A stretch of 64,000 nucleotides of DNA, from the NCBI RefSeq assembly GCF_006345805.1, contig NC_043017.1, forward strand, positions 3,844,001 through 3,908,000. Direction: 5' to 3'. Under the pieces are notes generated by a model. The model was given only the letters and a program-made list of their open reading frames with translations, was not told where the DNA came from and did no database searches. Source of the DNA: Octopus sinensis (lineage: Eukaryota). This document shows, piece by piece, positions 12,810 to 25,390 of this stretch. Position 1 is the stretch's first letter. The number at the start of each line of letters is the position of its first letter. The translations under genes were made by a program, and so were the position numbers.

Positions 12810-13145
12810 GAAAATTTCATATCTGTGGTTAGCATGCGTAATAAAGGTCAATAGACTACATATTTTCATATAGATAGTGTATAGTATTTATACACAAAGA
12901 GGCGACCCTTTACAGGACATAATTATGCATTGTCTTAGACGATCCCTTTGTCCATTAATATAGAAACTCGAGTTTGGGATTAACACTAAATAATTTCGTG
13001 GTTCGGATTTGGCTGCCCTCTCTAGCATGTAAGGTGTCCTGCAAAGGGTCGCCTCTTTGAGTATAAATACTATACACTTTTATATATGAAAATATGTAGT
13101 CTATTGACCTTTATTACGCCTGCTATCCACAAGTATGAAAATTTC
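12810..13145. mobile_element. Foldback/MITE with ~110-bp inverted arms
   Basis: 12810-12918 is the imperfect reverse complement of 13036-13145. Confidence 0.7.
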
Positions 13146-13584
13146 TAAACAAAACCCCCAAATAAATTATTTTGTAATTCAAGAACGGAAAATATACTTC
13201 ATTTCCTTGAAGATACCCAGCAATATATGGTTTATTACATCTATAAAAGTTCGAATGTTGATGATTCAAACATACATGTGAACGATTTTTTCGGATATTT
13301 TTTATTGTTTTGTAGAGCCGGTTCCATTAACCCTTATTCTTATCGGTATCTCTTTTTCTTTGCATCATTTTTCCGTTGTGATACAAATAAAATGAACCAA
13401 GCATCTATTATATTTTTTTCTTTTCGATTTTCTTTTATTAACTTTAAAATTTATCAGACTATTTATACATATATATTAAGGAACTCTCTTTCAATATATT
13501 TGATAAAGCCAGTTGGCATCGGGATTGCTATTAAGTATTCCCTTACGGGGAAATTGCATCCTCACATTGTGTATAAATGTGTAT

Positions 13585-13610
13585 ACATATGTATGTATAT
13601 ACATACATAT

Positions 13611-13642
<32 letters not shown>

Positions 13643-13663
13643 CATATATACATATATATATAT

Positions 13664-13694
<31 letters not shown>

Positions 13695-13718
13695 TCTATA
13701 TATATATATATATATATA

Positions 13719-13809
<91 letters not shown>

Positions 13810-13837
13810 TATATATATATATATCTATATATATATA

Positions 13838-13891
<54 letters not shown>

Positions 13892-13897
13892 ATATAT
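13585..13897. repeat. Imperfect (TA)n microsatellite
   Basis: Direct observation; similar long tracts at 2590-2772, 20778-21025, 32955-33155 (GT)n, 47630-48147. Confidence 0.95.
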
Positions 13898-14281
13898 GGA
13901 GGCGCAATGGCCCAGTGGTTAGGGCAGCGGACTCGCGGTCATAGGATCGCGGTTTCGATTCCCAGACCGGGTGTTGTGAGTGTTTATTGAGCGAAAACAC
14001 TTAAAGCTCCACGAGGCTCCGGCAGGGGATGGTGGTGATCCCTGCTGTACTCTTTCACCACAACTTTCTCTCACTCTTACTTCCTGTTTCTGTTGTACCT
14101 GTATTTCAAAGGGCCGGCCTTGTCACTCTCTGTGTCACGCTGAATATCCCCGAGAACTACGTTAAGGGTACACGTGTCTGTGGAGTGCTCAGCCACTTAC
14201 ACGTTAATTTCACGAGCAGGCTGTTCCGTTGATTCGGATCAACCAGAACCCTCGTCGTCGTAACCGACGGAGTGCTTCCAC
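13898..14281 (+). mobile_element. tRNA-head SINE family 2, full-length
   Basis: ggaggcgcaatggcccagtggttagggcagcgg...gtttcgattccc head; near-identical copy at 55942-56326; variants or partial copies at approx. 6130-6390, 23797-23916, 27035-27315, 33362-33436(-), 43393-43700, 47145-47440, 52025-52330. Confidence 0.85.
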
Positions 14282-14295
14282 CATATATATATAAT

Positions 14296-14342
<47 letters not shown>

Positions 14343-15046
14343 AACTCAAACATAATCTTTAGGTGCAGACCACATATCATAAGGAATTAAAGAAATTGAA
14401 TAATAGAAGAAACGCGAAAAAATTCAGAAGGCAGCATATAGAAAACGTACACAGTAAACAACGGAAAACGAAAATTTGAAAATGAAAAACAGAAACCAAC
14501 ATGTAAAAAATAAAAAGTAAAATGGTAAAAGAGCTATTCTCATTAGACCTTAAATGATAAGGCCGGAAAAATATCAGGTCAGTCAGGAATAGGCGAATTT
14601 CTGACCTGGAATTCAATAGAGAGTTGGGGATCTTAGTATTGAACAGAATATACGTTTTTCAGCTAAACAAAGTCTACATTTTTCGATTCGCAAACGCCCG
14701 CTAGGGGGCAGTGCACCATTAAGACGAAACAATTGTTTTTTGCTATACCCCGTCTTCTCTATTAATGTTTAATATATACCCTACTTTCACCCTGAAATTC
14801 CTGGAAGTTGATCCAACGCTGAATGCAAAGTATCGTTAATGACACTTGATAGCCATAAGAGGTGAATGTGCTCCGCAGACACACAACTTGCCCTGAAATA
14901 TGTTTCGGATACTGCGTTTAACGCATACTTTCTAAACCTTAATCCTCTCCTTTAACTTTGAAATCGAATCGTGTGTGTGTGTGTGTGCATGAATTTGTAT
15001 ATGTACGTATTTGTGTGCCATATTTGAATGTGAGCGTTTATAGAGA

Positions 15047-15087
<41 letters not shown>

Positions 15088-15140
15088 GAGAGAGAGAGAG
15101 GGCAGGATAGAGATTACGGATTCAAAGTATTGCAACGTAC

Positions 15141-15327
15141 CGTTCTAAGTTCGGCCATTTGACCATCAAGAATGCCATATCTCTTCTTCCAGTCAGCAAG
15201 TTGCTTCTCCAGTTCGCTTGTCCTCCTTCTGCTGGTTTCGCTGTCTGCAATGCGGCGGGCAACTTCATCGTGTAATCCATCGATTTCCGCTTGCAGTCTA
15301 TCTCTTTCGTCCTGCACTTGGCGCAAT
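15141..15327 (-). CDS. IF gene A exon 2 (coil 1B including protostome/lamin 42-residue extension)
   Basis: TTAG|A TTG CGC...AGA ACG|GTACGT; 187 nt = 61+126, the type III exon-2 size plus 42 codons; LRQVQDERDRLQAEIDGLHDEV...GQMAELRT. Confidence 0.92.
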
Positions 15328-16825
15328 CTAACAGAAAAATAGTAAAAATGTTTTGCTAAAGAATATCTATTTATCCTAGGTATGGACTGGCAGACACGGC
15401 AATGATGAAACTTTGGTTTATATTTTAGTAAAATAGTAATAACAATATACCAATATTATATATATTATGAAGAAAAATACCGAACAGCCAACCGAAACGC
15501 CATGCTTTCTTATTCTCTTTATCCTTTTCTATACACTTCCTGTTCCCAAGAAACTTAACTTTACATAAATATGTTATTATAAGAAGGAGGAATTAATGTT
15601 TTACGAGCTTTTGATTTTAGTTGTTCCAGCCATCGTATTTTTTTAGAAGTTTATATATGAAAAGAAATATATATATTGGTGTGCTACGTAATATACACAC
15701 ATATCACTGCAAAGCCGGCGAGAAAGTAGGCACAACATAGTCGGATGTAGCTACAAGAAGTAGCTACAAAATATCTCTATATTCACACCCTACCATGTTA
15801 TATAAATGGACGTATGCAATGATAAAAAAAAAGATGACTGGTCGTCTTTTTGATCATCAAATACTGCTGGGTGGATACTAACAGAGATTTGGACTCCAAT
15901 CAGAAAACTACATTAGGTTCATGAACAAAATACGAATATCCAAATTTACTTAGTCTTATGCTTGTATAGAGTGAATATTAATTCATAGCTGAATGTACGT
16001 AAATAAAACTATATGGAATTGTTGGATGTGTTCTTCCCATTTCAAAATTTGAAGGATGTTTCTCGGTTGACAGATTAGCGTATATGGATGATATTAATTT
16101 TCTATTTAATTAATATCGGAGCTGACAAATTGTCCTATCGATATAATTAATTCGAATGGAATAATATTTTCAATGAATGGAATTAAAAGTGTTAGCTTGA
16201 ACAACTGTCAGTTTCTCTCTTTTTTTTTTTTGCGGGAGAAGTCCATCGTTTTATTTCTGTTCACGATAACATCATGAATGCATTATTAGAAAGTAAATAG
16301 CTGCTAATTACAATTTATAGTATATTCTTCTACCTCTGATGCGTTTTGCAATACTTAGTGTGTATATCCAAATCTTTTCAAAATTGGAACGCTTGCAAGA
16401 CCGAAATTTTTATTTTTTTTATAATATAAGAATGGACCAAAAGGTTTTGTGCTGTAACGCAGAACGAACAAAATTTCTGTGCTTAGTAATGATATATTTA
16501 ATATTCCAAATCTTAAAATTTTAAGATCTGAATACCTAAATAGAATGTGCAAATTCACTTTAGGTAGAATGTGGAAAAAGAGAGTTACAATGTAATTAGA
16601 ATAGTCTAATCAAGAGAACTTGACCAAACCTTTCTTTTTGATGTGTAGAAGTTTTGAACAACATAATAAAGGAGCGGAAAAATTAACAGAAAGAGACTTA
16701 AAAGGAAATGAGAATAGCCTAATTAAAAGAACATGGCCGCATCTTTAAGATAAACGTTTATAATGCGTAGAAGTTTCAAACGACTTAATAAAGGAGCGGG
16801 AAAATTAACGGAAAATTTTACTTAC

Positions 16826-17253
16826 TGTTCAGTCAAATCTTCGACTTCTTCTTCAAGCGATTCATTCTTGGACTTTACAGCTGCAAGTTCCTTATCCTTG
16901 TCTTCGATGATTCCTTTTAAGTCCTCCAGCTGCTCTTGGTATGATATTTTGATCACATCAATGTTAAATTCAACTTGAGATCTATTTAAGAGTTCCTTAA
17001 GATGTTTATTCTCAGCCTCCAGCATACGTGTTTTTTCAAGGAATTCGGCAAGTTTGCAATTCAAACCTTGCAGATCTTTCTTTTCCTTTTGGCTGCTATT
17101 TTTCATTTCAGCAACACTTCTTTGGGAAGATTGTGCTGCCACTCCAGAGGCCAGAGAAATTGGTGCTCCCATGGATATACTCATCCGGGATTGGCCGGGT
17201 ATTTCCCTACGGACAGACGTTCTTCTATTCCTTCGTCTTATAACCTGCGACAT
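16826..17253 (-). CDS. IF gene A exon 1 (head, coil 1A, start of coil 1B)
   Basis: ORF MSQVIRRRNRR...EKKDLQGLNCKLAEFLEKTRMLEAENKHL...EDLTE; ends CA|GTAAG (phase 2, 428 nt); paralogous to 50435-50886. Confidence 0.92.
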
Positions 17254-17378
17254 TTTTGTTTTTATTCAATGGTAACGAAATAACTGGAATGGATTATGAA
17301 TTGTTCCCTCTATGTGGAAGACGTTGTGCACAGAGAAAATTCTGCAGAACGATTTACAACCTGCTTTCCGACACTGCG

Positions 17379-17414
17379 AAGTGACCAAGTCTAAGGCGTT
17401 GTCCTGTTTTATAT
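17379..17414 (-). promoter_or_regulatory. Core promoter of gene A: TATA box plus initiator-like TCACTT
   Basis: Minus-strand TATAAAA at 17413-17407, 31 nt upstream of the A (17382) of TCACTT; block conserved in gene B. Confidence 0.65.
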
Positions 17415-18059
17415 GTGCCAAAGAGGAGTTGCAGTGAGAGTGCAAAATGCTGGGATGGACTTATTGATAGAGAAAGAGAAGTGGTGATAGATAAAGAGAG
17501 AGATGAAGACAAACAAAAAGTGAGGGTAATAGTGGGAGATGCACTGAGCGAGACATATAAAATAACAAAAAGATTTTTTCTCTTTCTTTTAGTTCGTCCT
17601 CCTTTAAACCCATATATGCTTGTGTATATGGTTGGCAAAAAAGAAATGTAAAGAAAAAGAATAAAAGAAACCGTGCAAGTAGCCCATGCCCATCTTCACG
17701 CTTCAGTTAGCTCCAGGCATAATCGCAGTACATCCTTAGTCAGCTACACTCCTACAATCCCATAAAGGCAGACAGACTTACTGTCACACGAAACGTACCC
17801 GGTGCACGCATTCTTTTGTATACGATCCAGTTTCTTTTTGAAAAGTATATTTTAATTGTCGTCACACAATTTCTCCCACGAAATCTTTTGTGAAAGGCGA
17901 TAAGTAAAGGTTAAAACGCCAATAGAATGTCTAGTTGTATTTAATTGTCTCTACATTCTGAGTTCAAATTCACCCTCTCATTACCTTTGCCTTTCAACTT
18001 TTTTGGGTGTGATAAAATATACAAGTAGGCGGTTAACAACCTGTCTCTCAATTTAACAT

Positions 18060-18880
18060 CACCACTTGACCAATCGGAGTAGCTTTGGTGAAGTACAGGC
18101 TGCTCCGAAAGGTTTTCCACCACCTGTAAATATTTTTATAAATAATGCCAACACTTATGACAAAGGATCTTCATTTGGGCCAACATTCGTCAACGAACTA
18201 AGTGACAACGACAGGGACAAAAGACATGTAGCATGTGGACGGTTTCTTGATGTGTTTCCGACAATCCTACAACGTGGAAAGGTATTTTCTCCTTTGAATG
18301 TGCAATTTACTATAGAGGCCTGGCTTGGAATATTTATTTCTGGAACAAAGAAAATTCGCATTATTATGAAGAACTGGAGCAGAAGCCCCTGCATATGATG
18401 ATTTGGGCCGCTATATCGAGTAAGCACTTGATAGGACACTATTTCTTCGAGGGTTCTCTTAAGCAGCACTCTTACTTTGCCATGCTGAAGGAGTGGTTTG
18501 TTCCATAGCTCCAAAGACTGAATGTGGATTTGAATGATTGCTGGTTTCAACAGAATGGTGCCCAACTCCTCTATGTTGTCAATGACAGGGAATACCTGAA
18601 TGAGGGTTTTTCGGGATAGATGGATGGGGCGAGGATCGATTGGCCTCCCAGAAGTCAAGACCTCACGCCTTACAGCAACACTCTTTGGAGTATTTTCAAG
18701 GAGAGATTTTCACAAGGGCAATACTAGAATACCCAATATTTGAAGGACGCTCTTTTCGACAGCTTTTGCAACAATCACCAAGAACATCTTCGTAAAATAT
18801 CACACAAGACATGGCTTTGAATTATTTTGCGCCATGAAAATTACGGTGTTCATACAGACCTTCTCGGTGTGTGACAGGGT
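18060..18880 (+). mobile_element. Tc1/mariner-superfamily transposase remnant
   Basis: Broken frames giving WFQQNGA...REYLNE...IDWPPRSQDLTP (WFQQDGA / WPPRSPDL motifs). Confidence 0.7.
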
Positions 18881-19764
18881 CAATGAATGTGAATATCCTA
18901 AAACCAGTTACATGTGTTTGATATTATTATATTGTTCTTGTTTCTTTTCGGAAGCGGCTGACAAGACTTTAGGACCACCCTGTACATTCAATAGCACGTA
19001 TTCGGACGTGGAATAAAGTCAGATGATAATGGTTCTTCGTATAGGTTTCACAAACCCCAGGAAAGGGGACGGGCGTCGACATTCTTCCTTTGATTAGGTT
19101 ATATAAACAGAAATATAACTAAAAAGGAAATGCCTTATTGTTTATGCATTCGAAAATACTTATTTCTTTACTACCCACAAGGAGCTAAACACAGAGGGAA
19201 CAAACAAGGACAGACAAATAGATTAAGTCGATTACATCGACCCCAGTGTGCAACTGGTACTTATTTAATCGACCCCGGAAGGATGAAAGGCAAAGTCGAC
19301 CTCGGCGGAATTTGAACTCAGAACGTAACGGCAGACGAAATACGGCTACGCATTTCGCCCGGCGTGCTAACGATTCTGCCAGCTCGCCGCCCTGAAAATA
19401 CTGTTTCCCGAAAACATTCACAAGTGCTTTGGCAATGATAACAAGCATTATTATTTTTGCTTAAATAGAAACGGCAGGTCACCGAAATATAATTCACAAC
19501 ATCTCGAAAAGTTTTATATATATTCTCAGTGAGAATGTGCCCTAACATGTGCCCTAACTCAGAGGTTGATAAATGAATTACTGTTTGTACACGAGATTTG
19601 ATTCCATTGCCTAGGTAGCCCCCCCCCTCCCTCCAGTAAAATCACAAAAAATTATCATTATTGTGCTGAATCTTCATCATCGCACGACGTAGATCTATCA
19701 CAACGAAACATAATTATGTACGCATGCGAGTATGTATACGTATATATCTATGTAAACGTACGTG

Positions 19765-19830
<66 letters not shown>

Positions 19831-20776
19831 ATTAATTTTAAAAAACGGAGAAAAAAGACATGAAAAAAGCAATAACACGAGGACAGAGTACATGGAAAGT
19901 ACTGACGAGACGCTCAGAGAAGGAAAAAGAGAGTAGTTGTTTTACGTTTCGTGCATAGCTCTTCTTCGGAAACAGGTGCATAACGAACGTCTAAAAGAAA
20001 AGGAAGAAGGAGGGGAAAAGTTGCCAATAGTCCACGCGTAGTTATATTTTTGAAATGAACGGATGCAGATGGGCAAGGAAAAAAGGCTTCCTGGGATGTG
20101 AGAGTGTGAAAAATGGTTGGTATTTATGTGTATGTGGTGGGGGCCATCTCAATAAGAATACACCATTCCCATTCTACTAAAATATTGCCTGGATATATAT
20201 GCTTTGAACACACACTACTCATACTTTGCCGTAACACTGCCTGGATTTACATAGGATTTTACCTAAGAACATACGGACTACCATCCATGCACTCTGAAAA
20301 ATGAACTGTGGACTTTACTTCCTTATTTCCTAACACTCCACTCTTCTATTGTATTGCTTATTGCCTGCGAATTTTCCTGATCTAGATTGTTTTATCTAAA
20401 TATTTCCATATCTTCTCTACTTATCTTTCATATATTCTCTACTTCTCTCCGATGACGAAATACACTATAATCAGGCATACTCGCCTATCACTTGGGATAT
20501 CCCATTAACAACTGAAAGACCTCAACTAATTTAAGAATAATATAAAATAATGTATATGACTTGAGATGCTTGTTATGCCTCGGCGTTTCTTGTCCTCTTT
20601 CAAAAATACATAAAAATACGACGTGCTTTTTTCAGTTTCCGTATACCAAATCCTTCAGAAGGCTTTGGTCGGCCCAAGGCTATGGCAAACGGTACTTGCC
20701 CAACGTGCCACGCAGTGGAACTGAAACCGGAACCCCGTGGTTGGAAAGCTTCTTTCCATACAGTCACACCTGCGCC

Positions 20777-20815
<39 letters not shown>

Positions 20816-20900
20816 GTATATATATATATATATGTATATATGTATATGTATATATATATATATGTATGTATGTGTATATATATATGTATATATATATATA

Positions 20901-20981
<81 letters not shown>

Positions 20982-22628
20982 ATATATGCATATATATATA
21001 CATAGATATATAGATATAGATATATGCGCGCACGCGTGTATTTCATTATGTGTCAGAGTGGCCGTGATATCATTTAAAACTATGGCGTGGGAAAAAAATG
21101 TAACTTAGCTATTCAATAAAGTAGTGTGTCGAGAAATACGACTAAAATAATTTTGTATTGAATTCTTTATCATGGCCTCCGCCCAACAGTTTAGAGCTGT
21201 AAAAAATACTGAAAGAATAGAATATACCTCGTTCGTTTTACGTTAGTTATTGTACAGAAGACAAACAAATAGTTAAGCGGGTGCTTATGATTGGTTCCGA
21301 GGAATACGTTTTATTGGGGGCATTGTTTTGCAATTGGACACGTTTCCACTTGGTGACATTTGTTTGATTCATCGTTTTCCCAGCAAGGGAGATTTCATTG
21401 CAATCGCCGAACTAGCGGATGACTTATTAACAAGGGAAATAATAGCAGAAAGAGAGAGGAGAAATGGAAAGAAAGGAAGAGACGTAAACAAGAGACTATG
21501 GCACTACAACCAGCCAGGAACAGTATTCGCTACATTTGCGGTACCTGCCAGAGGGAGTGTTTGTCCAGGATAGGACTACACAGCCACAGCAGGAAATATA
21601 TCAGGACATGAAATATAAAAGCCGGACTAGACTACAAAAAAAAAAAAAAAAAAAAAAAAGAATGCGCAACTCCATTGTCTCCCGAGACAGAAAGGATGCC
21701 AATACAATACAATACAAAAGTAGACAACACTATCTGATCTCAGGTTAGAAACATTCAGTAAAATGCACACAAACGCAAACACACACACACACACAATCTC
21801 ACACAGACAGACACACACAGCCATACACACACGCGTGTGCGCACACACACATACACACAAACACGCACGCACGCACAAGACGCGTAGATCTTTGTGTCTG
21901 TGTATGAGTCTTCTAACTTTCTTTTACACTGTTACAACAGTTTTGAGCGCGGTTAAGTAATGGTTTTCGATAAAGTCATTCAATGATATTTCTCATGGCA
22001 CCAGCAGACAAAATGAGAAAGATGTTACGCCGAAGGATAGCAAGGAAGATGCACTGGAACAACCACTCTGATTCACATGGCTCGCACTCGCAGACAGCAA
22101 TCTCCACCCCGATATCAGTGAGCAGGTATATGATCCGCGGGTCAAGAACCCCAAAGGTCTCAACGTCAAAAGCCTCGACCTGTCAGAGGGCGACCGATAC
22201 CTTGACAGTTTGTTTTTCTCAGCCTGATGAGCATCGGAGCCTGGGCTGGTAGCTGACAACTTCGACTTGCCGCTGGGGAAGGGTCACAGCATGTGACATC
22301 CCAGATGAGGAACGGGAAAATTGTCATCATGTCCGCACTTTTACTAACTCCCTGGTCAAGCCCCAAATGTATCACCCTGTCGAACTCTGAAGATGTTATG
22401 ACCTTATCTGCGCTGAGGGGCATACTCGTATCATGTGATCACGTGTATGCTGTTGGAAGATAATGAAGTACATCTTGACTTTGTTCCACAATGCAGGTAG
22501 CAGTCGGAAATGTCCTTGTGCAATCCCAAAATCCTTGTAAATTATTTCAATGTCATTTTTCAGTGAAAACAGTTCTGTCTGCCATTCATGCTTCCTCATT
22601 ATTGGTATCTAGAAACCATCCAGACTGG

Positions 22629-22673
<45 letters not shown>

Positions 22674-22693
22674 CACACACACACACACATATG

Positions 22694-22724
<31 letters not shown>

Positions 22725-22738
22725 TGTGTGTGTGTGTG

Positions 22739-22780
<42 letters not shown>

Positions 22781-22781
<1 letters not shown>

Positions 22782-23090
22782 CATACCAAAATAAAGACAT
22801 ATTTTTATTCCTGTTGCATGTACGATCACAAGCGCCCGACTGTTGAAAACTTTTATTTTTACGCTTAATATAATAATTCTACACATTAATAAAAATCACG
22901 CCTGAAACGGATGTAAAGAGTGAAACACTATCAAATATATCAAATGTATTAAACATATTCAATACATCAAATACAAAATATATTTATATCTGTAGACATG
23001 TATACATGTAAAAATAACAGTTTTCAGCAGTCGGGCGTTTGTGATCGTACATGCAACAGGAATATAAATGTGCCTTTATTTTGGTATGTA
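22781..23090. mobile_element. Foldback/MITE with ~70-bp inverted arms
   Basis: cctgttgcatgtacgatcacaagcgcccgactg / cagtcgggcgtttgtgatcgtacatgcaacagg. Confidence 0.7.
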
Positions 23091-23745
23091 TATATCTGTT
23101 CCTCTAATTTTATTCTGTACACAATCGCGATTTCTTTGACCCGACCTTGGTGTATTACTATCTAAGGACCTCATGTATGGATATATATATATATATATAT
23201 ATATATTCCTCGTCTAGGCTTATAGGCCCTCATTATTTGTTTTCCTGTCCTGTTTCTATTCCTTCTTGTACTTTATTTTTTGTAATTGTATTGTTTTTAC
23301 GTCCTGTTTTTGTCACATTTTTTCCTTGTTTTTACCCCTCTGCAAAGGAATTTTATTCAATTCTTTCGCAGGAAGGACTAGTTCGACGAGACGTGTTCTG
23401 TCCTCACCTTCGAAACACGCTGGAGTTGAACTAGGGACAGCTGATGAAGGGGATTTTTCCTTGTGTAGTTGTCTTGTACTCTGTTTTTTCGTTGTTAAAA
23501 AAATGGTCCGTTCCATGCTGTTTTTACTTTTTCGTTTCTCGTTGAGTTCTACGTCTATTTGTGGTGTCCTGTACTCATATATATATATATATGCATGTAT
23601 ATATACATGTAGATGTAGGTACGTACATATATGTTTGTATGTATGCATATATTTTATTTATTACACTATTGTATGACTGAGTGCCCTCGCGTCGATTCGA
23701 TTCGATTCGTTGCGTTTCGTTTCGTTTCTTCTTCTTCTCTAAGCT

Positions 23746-23793
<48 letters not shown>

Positions 23794-24036
23794 AGTGGAA
23801 GGGCAGTGTCCCAGTGGTTAGTGTAGCGGATTCGCGGTCATAGGATATCGCAGTTTAGACTCTCAGAGCGGGTGTTGTGATTGTTTATTGAGCGAAAACA
23901 CCTAAAGCTCCACGAGGAAGAACGAAACTCTATGCGATTTTAGCGATTTTTGCATTATTTTGTCCTTATAAAATAATCAAATGATGAGATTAAGGTTAAT
24001 TAAAAAAGCATACGAAAATATAAATTTTAGTAACGT

Positions 24037-24042
24037 TTTATT
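24037..24042 (-). terminator. Candidate polyadenylation signal AATAAA of gene B
   Basis: Lies in a block (GGCAATAAAACGTTA on minus) conserved with gene C 3' flank at 54422-54427. Confidence 0.35.
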
Positions 24043-24212
24043 GCCCTTTTTCATACAATTTTTAAAAAATCCTCAAAATCAAATTACAAAGTACAAGATT
24101 GTTAATAGAATAACAAATATCTAATCTGGCAGGAAATTTAGTCATATTTTCAGATATGGTAGCTTTGTTTGAATAGCGTAAATTTTGCGTTTTTAGTGTG
24201 AAATACCGTTAA

Positions 24213-24656
24213 GTAGAAAAGATTTGGGGACAAAACAGACGGTACATTGCTTGTCATATTACCTCGGTAACTAGACTAACCAAACATGATTACAAAAGTT
24301 ATCAAGCTGAAATGTCCGTTTTGATATTTGATATGTAGAAATGTTGCAAAATATATTGTAGAAAAGATTTGGGGACACAACAGACGGTACATTGCTTGTC
24401 ATATTACCTCGGTAACTAGACTAACCAAACATGATTACAAAAGTTATCAAGCTGAAATGTCCGTTTTGATATTTGATAAGTATGTAGAAATGTTGCAAAA
24501 TATATTGTAGAAAAGATTTGGGGACACAACAGACGGTACATTGCTTGTCATATTACCTCGGTAACTAGACTAACCAAACATGATTACAAAAGTTATCAAG
24601 CTGAAATGTCCGTTTTAATATTTGATAAGTATGTAGAAATGTTGCAAAATGTATTG
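24213..24656. repeat. Tandem triplication of a 145-149-bp unit
   Basis: Units start at 24213, 24358, 24507 (gtagaaaagatttggggac...). Confidence 0.9.
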
Positions 24657-24986
24657 TATTGACAAATGAATTTACTCATTTTCTACAATTATCTTAAATT
24701 CAAGAGGATCGTGTAAAAAATTTAAAACAGAAAATACTGCAAGTGCTTATCATTTTATTGAAATTAGTATTATAATGGAAAACCAGAGTCTTTCTGAAAC
24801 TTCGTGCTGACTGCAACAAAAAACGATTCTTTTCTCAGTTGAGATAAATTACGTTCTTCATGCGTTTATTTTGATAACAAGGACAGCACTTTCCTGAAAA
24901 ATAAAAGAGATTGAGAAACCAATGAATACAGAGGGAGATTAAGGTGTTAATGCATCAACAGAGTAAGCATTTTCATGTAGTGTACA

Positions 24987-25390
24987 TAGGCGCAGGAGTG
25001 GCTGTGTGGTAAGTAGCTTGCTAACCAGCCACATGGTTCCGGGTTCAGTCCCACTGCGTGGCATCTTGGGCAAGTGTCTTCTGCTATAGCCCCGGGTTGA
25101 CCAATGCCTTCTGAGTGGATTTGGTAGGCGGAAACTGAAAGAAGCCTGTCGTATATATGTATATATATATATTTGCATGTGTGTCTGTGTTTGTCCCCCT
25201 AGCATTGCTTGATAACCGATGCTGGTGTGTTTACGTCCCCGTCACTTAGCGGTTCGGCAAAAGAGACCGATAGAATAAGTACTGGGCTTACAAAGAATAA
25301 GTCTCGACTAAAAGCGGTGCTCCAGCATGGCCGCAGTCAAATGACTGAAACAAGTAAGTAAAGATAAAGTAAAGTAAAGTAAAGTAAAGA
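24987..25390 (+). mobile_element. SINE family 1 copy in gene B 3' region
   Basis: Near-identical to 34480-34905. Confidence 0.85.

Noticed and set aside
13898-13975. tRNA-like cloverleaf heads (A/B boxes) as tRNA genes
   Set aside because: Each continues into a conserved non-tRNA body and tail, and some copies have TSDs; these are SINE heads
13513-13990. Long YI/HT/CV-repeat ORFs in the track (also 2532-3041, 20561-21108, 32889-33276, 47617-48114, 63614-63990)
   Set aside because: Translations of (TA)n, (CA)n and (GT)n microsatellites; no coding signal
23438-23480. CTGATGAAGGGG hammerhead-like start
   Set aside because: No closing helix II followed by GAAA, so no complete core
24213-24656. 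CRISPR-like repeat array
   Set aside because: Eukaryotic context; units are contiguous 145-149-bp tandem copies without unique spacers
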